Origin: a virus
Lineage: Duplodnaviria; Caudoviricetes
DNA: 27,621 bases
IMG/VR virus record: IMGVR_UViG_3300022930_000027
Coordinates: 1 to 27,621 of that record
Strand: one strand, 5' to 3'
The position numbers and the translations under genes were made by a program. Below, piece after piece: positions 18,268 to 25,221 of the stretch. The notes under the pieces are model-generated. The model was not told where the DNA came from, did not search any database, and saw only the letters and a list, made by a program, of their open reading frames with translations. Numbering within the stretch: the first letter of the stretch is position 1; every line of letters starts with the position of its first letter.

Positions 18268-18543
18268 TTAATGTCTGTTAAATGGTATTTGTTCAGACTG
18301 AATAATTTCAAGTTCAGATAATACCTCTATCCAAAATTCATTATTGGTAATGCCTTCCTTTGCTTGTTCTATATAAAGACTTCCGCTATCTAAAACATCT
18401 AAAATTTCATTTACTGCTATTTTAGCATTATCAACAGCATTAAGTTTTTGGTTCATGGTGCTTTTGTATTTAGCATCATTTTTAGCGTCTGAGTTAGGGA
18501 AAAACTTATCAAATAATTCCATTGCTTTTATTTTTGGTGTCAT
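18268..18543 (-). CDS. Hypothetical phage protein
   Basis: MTPKIKAMELFDKF...IAVNEIL...FWIEV, a pattern I recognise from Bacteroidota phages. Confidence 0.7.
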   Translation of the reverse strand: MTPKIKAMELFDKFFPNSDAKNDAKYKSTMNQKLNAVDNAKIAVNEILDVLDSGSLYIEQAKEGITNNEFWIEVLSELEIIQSEQIPFNRH

Positions 18544-18546
18544 AAT

Positions 18547-19833
18547 CTAATAAATTGGTAATAGTTCTTTTTCTATTGGTTTGTAGTGGGTTATGCCGCC
18601 ATCTGTCCAACTCGTATAATTGTGCTCAACATCCCTCAAAAAAGGAAAGCTTTCGTTTAACATGCCGATATCTGTCATAATTTTATAGTTACCATCTTTT
18701 TCAGGCAAATTACTTCCATCTGGTTCAATACGTGTCCAACCGTTGTTAAATTCGATATTACTTAATGAAATTGGGCGCAAAGAATACCCGTTCTTATGAA
18801 ATTCAATATCAATGCTATTATTTTGTGTTGGAAAATCTATTGTAAACATCCATCCATTTTCGTCTATGAATGTTTTTACCGTTTCAAAATGTTCACCATA
18901 AGCTTTTTTAATAGCTTCCTGCTTTGCTTTAACTGCGGCATCCGAAATATCGAAGCTTTCAGCGATAGTCGTTTCATACTCCTCTTCGTATGATTTCTTG
19001 TAGTTAGAGAATAGGTCAATTGCTTCTTTGTTGGCAAGAACTTCATTCGTAAACTCATGAGTATCGAAAGTTTCTTTCTCTTTGAAGTATTTGACAGATT
19101 TGTTCAGCAGATCTATTTTATCGGTTTTGCTGATTTCAAAATCCTCGTCTAACTTTTCAGTAACAAAATTCTTGAATACACCTAAGATATTGCCAGTTTG
19201 AGTGTAATTGTCGTTTCTAACAATCAACTGCAAGAATTCATCTTTCCAGTATGAACCTGCATCACTTTTACTTTGGTCGAACACAACAACCTTGTAGCCC
19301 TCATACATTTCGGTATCAAAGATCAAACAGCCCTTATCCAATTTATTAATGCTGACACCTTCCTGCTCATAAGTGATTGAAAAACCATCCTGCTTAGGCG
19401 ATACACTTAAATACGTGTCTTTAGTTTCACTCTTGAATATTCCAATCGCATTATGCAAATCGCCTTCAATTTGTACGTTCTCAAAATAAGCTACATAAAA
19501 CTCTCCAGATTTTATTTTTGGATGATTGGTAACATCGTACAAATGTTTTGCCAGCTCAGCGGTAGCATCATGAAAATAACTTGGCAGATCAAAGATGTTG
19601 CTGGCATAATTATAAACCTGGTTAAGGCTTAAATTATTATTCGGATGATGGAATCTAAAAACCTCGTTGCTTTTCTCAAAAGGTTTAAGGAAAAACTGCA
19701 TCAGCAGGTTATTCAATAAATCGTCTTTAATTTCTAAAGGCGCATCAGATAATTTGTAATATTCATCTTGTAACTTATTACCTGTGTGATGAACTGATAG
19801 GCTTTTCAATGAAGCCTCAAAAAATGATATCAT
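18547..19833 (-). CDS. NdpA/YejK (NA37)-like nucleoid-associated protein fused to a phage C-terminal domain
   Basis: Residues 1-~302 carry VHHTGNK, HPKIKSGEFYV, GIFKSE, KLDKGCLIF, YWKDEFL and FDISDAAVK; the remainder (KQEAIKKAYGE..IDENGW..NNGWTRIE..LP..ITHYKPI..LPIY) is a phage DUF551-like module. Confidence 0.8.
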   Translation of the reverse strand: MISFFEASLKSLSVHHTGNKLQDEYYKLSDAPLEIKDDLLNNLLMQFFLKPFEKSNEVFRFHHPNNNLSLNQVYNYASNIFDLPSYFHDATAELAKHLYDVTNHPKIKSGEFYVAYFENVQIEGDLHNAIGIFKSETKDTYLSVSPKQDGFSITYEQEGVSINKLDKGCLIFDTEMYEGYKVVVFDQSKSDAGSYWKDEFLQLIVRNDNYTQTGNILGVFKNFVTEKLDEDFEISKTDKIDLLNKSVKYFKEKETFDTHEFTNEVLANKEAIDLFSNYKKSYEEEYETTIAESFDISDAAVKAKQEAIKKAYGEHFETVKTFIDENGWMFTIDFPTQNNSIDIEFHKNGYSLRPISLSNIEFNNGWTRIEPDGSNLPEKDGNYKIMTDIGMLNESFPFLRDVEHNYTSWTDGGITHYKPIEKELLPIY

Positions 19834-19861
19834 AATTATAAGTTTTAGTTTTTATATTCTT

Positions 19862-19869
19862 TAAATTTG
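19862..19869 (+). promoter_or_regulatory. -7 box for the antisense peptide gene
   Basis: TAAATTTG (perfect TAnnTTTG) 11 nt before the ATG at 19881; no clear -33 TTTG. Confidence 0.5.
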
Positions 19870-19880
19870 TCTCTTCATTT

Positions 19881-19973
19881 ATGAAAAAGCCAGAATTGTA
19901 CGCAACGGTACTTAGTATCATAGCGTCGGCCTGTACCATCATAGGATTCGTCCTGATGATGATTGGTCGTTAA
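19881..19973 (+). CDS. 30-aa hydrophobic membrane peptide (type I toxin-like), missing from the ORF track
   Basis: MKKPELYATVLSIIASACTIIGFVLMMIGR; has its own -7 box and a downstream hairpin. Confidence 0.65.
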   Translation: MKKPELYATVLSIIASACTIIGFVLMMIGR

Positions 19974-20049
19974 GGTAATTAGGAAACTAGTTTTAGGGTA
20001 GGGCAAACCATCCATTTCAGATGAACTAACTGCCTTTGGGAAAGTTATA

Positions 20050-20080
20050 AGGGGCGGCATTAATGCTTAGCCCCTAATTT
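20050..20080 (+). terminator. GC-rich hairpin, probable terminator (strand uncertain)
   Basis: AGGGGC-GGCAT-TA-ATGCT-TA-GCCCCT followed by AATTT (weak U tract). Confidence 0.45.
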
Positions 20081-20082
20081 AC

Positions 20083-20283
20083 CTACTGCTCCCCATTTAA
20101 ATCTCTCATATCAAAATCTTTTGGATTATAGGCACTACCATTTGCAGCTTTGCTAAGCCTTGCCAATTCCTCTTGATCTATTACTCCCATTTCTGATTTG
20201 TATTTGCCTGCCAATGCTACTGCATCCTGCAAAAGCTCTTTTAATTCGCGCTTCTCACGCTGTGCTATTACCTGTGCGTTCAT
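20083..20283 (-). CDS. Hypothetical protein (66 aa)
   Basis: Tightly packed in the leftward operon. Confidence 0.6.
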   Translation of the reverse strand: MNAQVIAQREKRELKELLQDAVALAGKYKSEMGVIDQEELARLSKAANGSAYNPKDFDMRDLNGEQ

Positions 20284-20285
20284 AT

Positions 20286-20525
20286 TTACAATCCGTATTT
20301 AGTTTTTAACTGCTTCCAAAGAATTTGCTCTACTTCTTTTTTCTGATCATCACTAATCCCAAAAGGAATTTGACAGAAATTTGTGTAAGAGATTTTACCA
20401 ACAATATGCCTAATCACTAGATAGCTATGATTAGCTTTAGCATGTTGCTTTTTATGAACTCTCGTAGTTTCACTAGTGTAATTGTTGTTTTCTCCTTTAA
20501 AAAGGCTCTTGATTTTTTCGAACAT
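20286..20525 (-). CDS. Hypothetical basic protein (79 aa)
   Basis: Tightly packed in the leftward operon. Confidence 0.6.
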   Translation of the reverse strand: MFEKIKSLFKGENNNYTSETTRVHKKQHAKANHSYLVIRHIVGKISYTNFCQIPFGISDDQKKEVEQILWKQLKTKYGL

Positions 20526-20542
20526 ATATTTATTTGTTTAGT

Positions 20543-21067
20543 TTACTTGTTTAACCCCACCATTTCTGCAGTTCCGATAACTTGGTACGGTAAATCATAT
20601 TCCCATAAGCTTAATGCACCCTTAACATTCAATATTGGTTGTTCATACATTACAGGATTAGCTAACACCCAATTCCAGACGTAACTAGGCTTTTCATCTT
20701 CTTCACCAAATGGCAATGAATTGAAATTGGCAGGCTCATAGCTTTTCTCAGCCCAAATACTTTCGTGATTAAGAACACAATCAATAATATCAACTTCGCC
20801 GATGATGGCAGAATACTTCCAAGTATTTTTATTCGACAACATCAATCCATTGTCGTGAGTTGGGTCAAAATTTCGCATATTGTATTTGGCTACCGCTTCA
20901 ACTTGAGCCCAATTCAACCCCATTCCTAGACTTGCAAACGATGGCTTACCGCTCGCATGAATATAAATCCTACCTCTATGCTTAGTGCGCCAAGTTCGGT
21001 TTTCTATATCTTTAATTCCGTGTGCAATTAAGCTTGCCCAAGGTTGTTTTATTGTAAGTGTTTTCAT
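20543..21067 (-). CDS. ASCH domain protein
   Basis: LTIKQPWASLIAHGIKDIENRTWRT..RGRIYIHAS contains the GxKxxExR ASCH signature; also VKGALSLW. Confidence 0.92.
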   Translation of the reverse strand: MKTLTIKQPWASLIAHGIKDIENRTWRTKHRGRIYIHASGKPSFASLGMGLNWAQVEAVAKYNMRNFDPTHDNGLMLSNKNTWKYSAIIGEVDIIDCVLNHESIWAEKSYEPANFNSLPFGEEDEKPSYVWNWVLANPVMYEQPILNVKGALSLWEYDLPYQVIGTAEMVGLNK

Positions 21068-21147
21068 AGTTTATAAGTAATGTATGCCAGCACTAGCACC
21101 AAAAGCCAGCATATGGTTAGTGAGTGTTTGTTTATATCTTTATGCAT
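21064..21147 (-). CDS. 27-aa hydrophobic peptide, missing from the ORF track
   Basis: MHKDINKHSLTICWLLVLVLAYITYKL; stop overlaps the ASCH start (ATGA). Confidence 0.4.
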   Translation of the reverse strand: MHKDINKHSLTICWLLVLVLAYITYKL

Positions 21148-21199
21148 ATAATTACATAATTGTTAGTGGTTTTATATGCATAAGCATATATTTTGTTCT

Positions 21200-21231
21200 A
21201 AAAAAGCAGGCAGGAAACCACTCCTACCTGC
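21200..21231 (-). terminator. Intrinsic terminator ending the RNA cassette
   Basis: GCAGGTAGGA-GTGGTT-TCCTGCCTGC-TTTTTT on the minus strand. Confidence 0.85.
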
Positions 21232-21450
21232 ACAACCAACCTTAAACTTAAACTCGCCCAACTAATGGCATTCAAACCAAACATCGCCTATCCACAATAA
21301 GGGACTGGCTAGTGACATAACCTTAACAACCCAGGGTTTCCATGACGATTTTTGGCGCCATCTAGCAGGGTTCTGCTAGCCTTCTTTGTTTATATTACAT
21401 CAACCTACACGTAGGTATTGTTAAGGTAAAAAATTACCACCATGGGTACT
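21232..21450 (-). ncRNA. Candidate structured RNA domain 3' of the tRNA
   Basis: Perfect 10-bp helix (21320-21329 with 21418-21427) enclosing three hairpins; no ORF of note. Confidence 0.5.
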
Positions 21451-21456
21451 TGTTTG

Positions 21457-21529
<73 letters not shown>

Positions 21530-21533
21530 ATGT

Positions 21534-21790
21534 TGATAGTCTTTCCTATCAGTCACGATTTTACATACTTGCTGGACAATTGTTTTGCCACACTATTTCA
21601 CGGTGTATGTTTCGAGGGAGTTCGCTACGGCTCGCTTTCTCCATTTACCTATTTAGCCGAGTAAAGAATAAGGTTGAACCGATGCATTTCAGCAGTTGTA
21701 TAAGGTCTATTCTAAAGCTTTTGTAAAACTTCGACCTTCGGTCCATTGTCCTAGGAAAGGCAGCAAAATCTTTCAGTTGCCGACCTTACC
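21534..21790 (-). ncRNA. Candidate ~260-nt multi-helix, pseudoknotted RNA 5' of the tRNA
   Basis: At least eight helices of 4-8 bp including two crossing pairings; G-U pairs favour the minus strand; see findings. Confidence 0.55.
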
Positions 21791-21799
21791 AAAAATATC

Positions 21800-21991
21800 T
21801 TAATTCAATTCTTTCACTTTTCTCCAATCTTCGCCGCCATGCCCCATGATTAGTAATGTGTGACCATCTCCTTTAAAATAATACCATGAGCAACATGTAC
21901 TATCTAAAGTCATTATTGTTCCCGATGGAATTAGTTTACATCCATGAGTAATTGGCGAAGTCATTTCTTCAAGTAGTTGAATGGTTTTCAT
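21800..21991 (-). CDS. Hypothetical protein (63 aa)
   Basis: ATG at 21991 with an A-rich leader, preferred to the TTG at 22024, which lies in a terminator U tract. Confidence 0.55.
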   Translation of the reverse strand: MKTIQLLEEMTSPITHGCKLIPSGTIMTLDSTCCSWYYFKGDGHTLLIMGHGGEDWRKVKELN

Positions 21992-22022
21992 AATTGGTTG
22001 TTTTTGGTTTATTTGTTTGCCC

Positions 22023-22052
22023 AAAAAGCCCCGATACTTTTGATACCGAGGC
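22023..22052 (-). terminator. Leader terminator / attenuator
   Basis: GCCTCGGTAT-CAAAA-GTATCGGGGC-TTTTT; three G-U pairs specific to the minus strand. Confidence 0.75.
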
Positions 22053-22082
22053 GTTCTGGTTGCTTACCCTTTGATTATAACA

Positions 22083-22114
22083 CTAAGGTAAATCAAATTA
22101 TCGGATTTACCAAA
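22083..22114 (-). promoter_or_regulatory. Promoter of the leftward accessory operon with overlapping operator
   Basis: TTTG-N20-TACCTTAG (Bacteroidota -33/-7 spacing); inverted repeat GGTAAATC-N9-GATTTACC at 22087-22111. Confidence 0.6.
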
Positions 22115-22139
22115 TTTGTGATAAAAAAAATGAAAATAA

Positions 22140-22628
22140 TTATACCAACCCTATACTATCATCCCTGAACTTTGCTTTTACCAACTTGAAATTACCTGAA
22201 TAAAAGGCGTGGTTGGCGTAATCGTGGCAAACAATGTTCTTACCAATTCGCCCCCAGTTCTGTAATTTGGTATCAGCAAAGAAATTGGGAATGGTAGATG
22301 GTAATTGATCGAATTTAACAGGACGTGTACGTCTTTGCATCATTACCCTGCCACATGATGATATTGATAAACATGGAGCTAGGAACTTGCCATATGGACC
22401 ATCCTTAAGCGAATGCCATATATCCCACTCAGCAACATTGTTAAATAAGTTTGTACGATCTATCTTAACAACGAAACGAGGATCTATTCTATATTCGTAA
22501 ACCGACCTACTACAACCCTCGCCAATTCTATCGCCTATGAAAAAATCCGTTAAATCACCTAAGAGGAATTGATCTTCCTTAAATAAGTCGATGAAGTTGG
22601 TTGTTATGTTGGTCATAGCATTAGTCAT
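22140..22628 (-). CDS. Minimal protein-kinase-like protein
   Basis: Gly loop IGEGCSRSVY, beta3 VVK, alphaC NVAEW, catalytic loop DTKLQN and DFG-equivalent DYA, in the correct order. Confidence 0.8.
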   Translation of the reverse strand: MTNAMTNITTNFIDLFKEDQFLLGDLTDFFIGDRIGEGCSRSVYEYRIDPRFVVKIDRTNLFNNVAEWDIWHSLKDGPYGKFLAPCLSISSCGRVMMQRRTRPVKFDQLPSTIPNFFADTKLQNWGRIGKNIVCHDYANHAFYSGNFKLVKAKFRDDSIGLV

Positions 22629-23009
22629 TTATATCCAAACTTGTAGCATTGAGGTTATTCGATAATTCGAATTATTCTCTATCCATTGATCAAACGGTAA
22701 GCGTGAATTACCCATATACACTATGTTCTTGTAATAAACATGCAGGTACCAATATGGCTCCTTAATTACGTTACTTTTAAACCTTATTAAACATGGTAAA
22801 TCGGTATTTGGGTCAAACTTTACCCATCTGTTATTACAATTGAAACCTAATTCTCTAAAAACATTTACAAATGATTGACCGCCCCAACAGTCTTTTTTAG
22901 GCGAAACTTTTTCGATTTCCTCAATGTCTAATCCAGTTAATATAGCAATATGAGTGAAATGACTATTAAATGGATAATAACGGTTCCAATCTAGCTCGAT
23001 ATCCATCAC
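22629..23009 (-). CDS. Hypothetical protein, possibly an inactive C39/papain-like fold
   Basis: IAILTGLDIEEI...FRELGF...PCLIRF...WYLHVYYKNIVY resembles the C39-like layout without the catalytic Cys; ATGA overlap with the portal stop. Confidence 0.55.
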   Translation of the reverse strand: MMDIELDWNRYYPFNSHFTHIAILTGLDIEEIEKVSPKKDCWGGQSFVNVFRELGFNCNNRWVKFDPNTDLPCLIRFKSNVIKEPYWYLHVYYKNIVYMGNSRLPFDQWIENNSNYRITSMLQVWI

Positions 23010-24439
23010 ACTACCGGTTGTGCTACTGGCTTAGGCGCTAATGCAGCACGTTTAGCAACTTCTTTTTCAATCTCTATTATTTCAGCGTCTACATCTTTAA
23101 CCACACCCAGCATGTTCAATGCAGTCTTTAGTGTTATCAATCCAGCTCCATATAATTTAACCACGTTATCAAACTCCTCGCTCTTGTTTCGTGGAAGTTC
23201 AATTTTAAACTTAGGTTTCATTACCAATCCTAGCGACGGTTTGACGGCGGTGTTGATAACGGCCATTGCGGACTTAAGGAAGTTTAGATTTCTCTGATGG
23301 AAAATACCGATAGATCCTTGCTGCTTGCGCCTTGCTTTATTTGTTGCCGGTAATAACATCATTTCTATTGTTACACCTGGTAAGTCACCAGATATATCCT
23401 CGAACTTAAGATCAGGTGTAGCTGTTTCGGTGAATATATCGGCCCGTAAATTCTTACGCTCGGTAAATACGCTCTCTTGTCCTCCTTCAGCTTCTACATA
23501 CTTAAGGTCCGCACCCTTCTCAAGCTGCATGACCTTTCGAGTGTTCGATCCACCACCGGTAGCAGCCGTAATCTCACCACTAGACGCTAATATTGGGAAT
23601 GCGCTGATCTGGTTTTCATCAGCAGTATCGCTATCAATTTCCTCATAACGTTCGATCTTTGGCGCAACATCAGCAGTTTCGCTACGCTTCTGCTCATCAA
23701 ATATAAAATTAGCCTTACCGTAGGGAATGGGTGTTGTTGTCTCTATAACCCATCCTGCTTCACCTTGAATAAATGTTAAATATTTATCAGTTAAGAATAG
23801 ATCCATCTTCTCCGTTTCCTTCTCTCCAATCTTAACCTTATATTTTCGAGCTGCGCCAATAACATCTTTGTACTGGTCACGGATAAGTATAATAACATCG
23901 CCATCCTCTGGGGATAGAATTGTACAGCGCATTTTAAACTTAGCTGACAGCCCCAAATCATCCCAATAACCCTCTTCTGATTGTACGCTGTACCAAACAA
24001 GCATAACAGACAAATAACGTTGCTTTAATCTCTCGATCTCTTGGGCCAAATAATCGAACTTGTTATCCTGCAATGTCTTTTCCACCATCTTAAGCATAAC
24101 CTCATCAGCAGCAAAACCTTCTCTAGGTGTACAATCAATACCAACCCCTGCTGATAATGCAAGGTCAACGCTCCAATCAATAATAAGCCTATTAATAGCA
24201 GATGGAATACGATGGACAGACTTAGTCTCTTGCCTGTAGGTCATCTCTCCCTTTTCATCCAACGTTCCAGTAGGCACATCAACCTTTCTATCTGGACGAT
24301 AATTTGTATCCGTAACAACCTTATGTAGTTCAGGCTCAAAGTTTAACGCATCCTCTGGAATAGCTGTTGCCAAAGCGGTAACCGCCTCAACTAATTTAGC
24401 TGGATCTTGCAGGAGTTCTTGTAGTTCGGTTAATTCCAT
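23006..24439 (-). CDS. Portal protein (SPP1 gp6-like), 477 aa
   Basis: Follows TerL; LSPEDGD, IPYGKAN, TATPDLKFE and ELPRNKSE motifs. ATG at 24439 (MELTEL) preferred to the GTG at 24508. Confidence 0.88.
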   Translation of the reverse strand: MELTELQELLQDPAKLVEAVTALATAIPEDALNFEPELHKVVTDTNYRPDRKVDVPTGTLDEKGEMTYRQETKSVHRIPSAINRLIIDWSVDLALSAGVGIDCTPREGFAADEVMLKMVEKTLQDNKFDYLAQEIERLKQRYLSVMLVWYSVQSEEGYWDDLGLSAKFKMRCTILSPEDGDVIILIRDQYKDVIGAARKYKVKIGEKETEKMDLFLTDKYLTFIQGEAGWVIETTTPIPYGKANFIFDEQKRSETADVAPKIERYEEIDSDTADENQISAFPILASSGEITAATGGGSNTRKVMQLEKGADLKYVEAEGGQESVFTERKNLRADIFTETATPDLKFEDISGDLPGVTIEMMLLPATNKARRKQQGSIGIFHQRNLNFLKSAMAVINTAVKPSLGLVMKPKFKIELPRNKSEEFDNVVKLYGAGLITLKTALNMLGVVKDVDAEIIEIEKEVAKRAALAPKPVAQPVV

Positions 24440-24467
24440 AGAGTAAACACCACGATGTGGGTGTATA

Positions 24468-24511
24468 CAAAAATAGCCCTGACATAATGCAAGGCTAAAC
24501 GGTAACACTTA
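24468..24511 (-). promoter_or_regulatory. Candidate late promoter C (portal), overlapping a terminator-like hairpin
   Basis: TAAG, 32 nt, then TATTTTTG; the spacer folds TAGCCTTG/CAGGGCTA. Confidence 0.5.
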
Positions 24512-24525
24512 TTAAGATTAGGTAG

Positions 24526-24756
24526 TTAAATACTTTGGTGTCCCTTTGTTCTTAAACAAGGTTCACCAATGGCAAACCCATTCTTTGAACTATGGTCTTT
24601 GCCGGTAATAAAACCATCTTCTAATAATAGCTGTAAATGGCCATCGATTTCGTCTTGTGTAAATCCATCAAACTTAGGATTATAATTGAAAGGAGGCCTT
24701 TCGTAGGATTGGATATCTTTTAGTAACAAACCCTGTAATTCTTTTCTAAATACCAT
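24526..24756 (-). CDS. DUF2513-like winged-helix protein (short, 76 aa)
   Basis: GFTQDEIDGHLQLLLEDGFI...LRTKGH matches the gy...i.yHl.lL.eaG.i...Lt..Gh pattern; ATG at 24756. Confidence 0.6.
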   Translation of the reverse strand: MVFRKELQGLLLKDIQSYERPPFNYNPKFDGFTQDEIDGHLQLLLEDGFITGKDHSSKNGFAIGEPCLRTKGHQSI

Positions 24757-24945
24757 AAATATATTTTTTAAATTAAGGACTAAATGTAACATATATTTTA
24801 CACTATGAAAATAGTGGGAGGTATTTTGTTTTCAACATTTTCATGAGCAATGATGTTACCATAAAACTATATCATTATGCTTAATACCATAGTCAAAACC
24901 GACCGATTTTAATGTTTATTTTTACATAAATTAAATTAAGATATA

Positions 24946-25218
24946 ATGAACAAAGAAAAAATTAAGTTGCCACAGACAAAAGCCGATGTTGAAAAATTTA
25001 TAAATGATAGGTTCTCTAGACCGTCAGTATCTAAATTTATAATACTGGAAGTTAATCCATGCGATAGCAAAACAGTATTTTCGTTCAAAGAGTATCGTAC
25101 GAATGATACAATTATTGAACGGTTATGCAAACTGACTATAGACGATAAAGAAAATGTTATTGTTTACGATATATTAGATTATCAACGATGGCAGATTGGA
25201 GACAGGTCCAACCCATAG
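24946..25218 (+). CDS. Hypothetical protein (moron, antisense to the late operon)
   Basis: 90 aa, AT-rich leader, convergent with TerL. Confidence 0.6.
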   Translation: MNKEKIKLPQTKADVEKFINDRFSRPSVSKFIILEVNPCDSKTVFSFKEYRTNDTIIERLCKLTIDDKENVIVYDILDYQRWQIGDRSNP

Positions 25219-25221
25219 CGC

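Noticed and set aside
19953-20005. Hammerhead-like CTGATGA...GAAA core
   Set aside because: Stem II is out of register by one G and stems I and III form only ~2 pairs; the CTGATGA is explained by Leu-Met-Met codons.
19875-20060. Minus-strand 61-aa ORF
   Set aside because: Its start lies inside a GC-rich hairpin and it has no recognisable features; the plus-strand 30-aa peptide with a -7 box explains the region better.
21400-21456. HDV-like (theta) ribozyme at the tRNA 3' end
   Set aside because: The sequence after the discriminator is CAAACAAG..., and I could not build the nested double pseudoknot by eye; a covariance search would be needed to exclude it fully.
24440-24508. 23-aa N-terminal extension of the portal from the ORF track
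   Set aside because: Overlaps the promoter/terminator element; the ATG at 24439 is more plausible.
24805-24846. ATGAAAAT...ATTTTCAT inverted repeat and 13-codon ORF
   Set aside because: Short and AT-rich; expected by chance.
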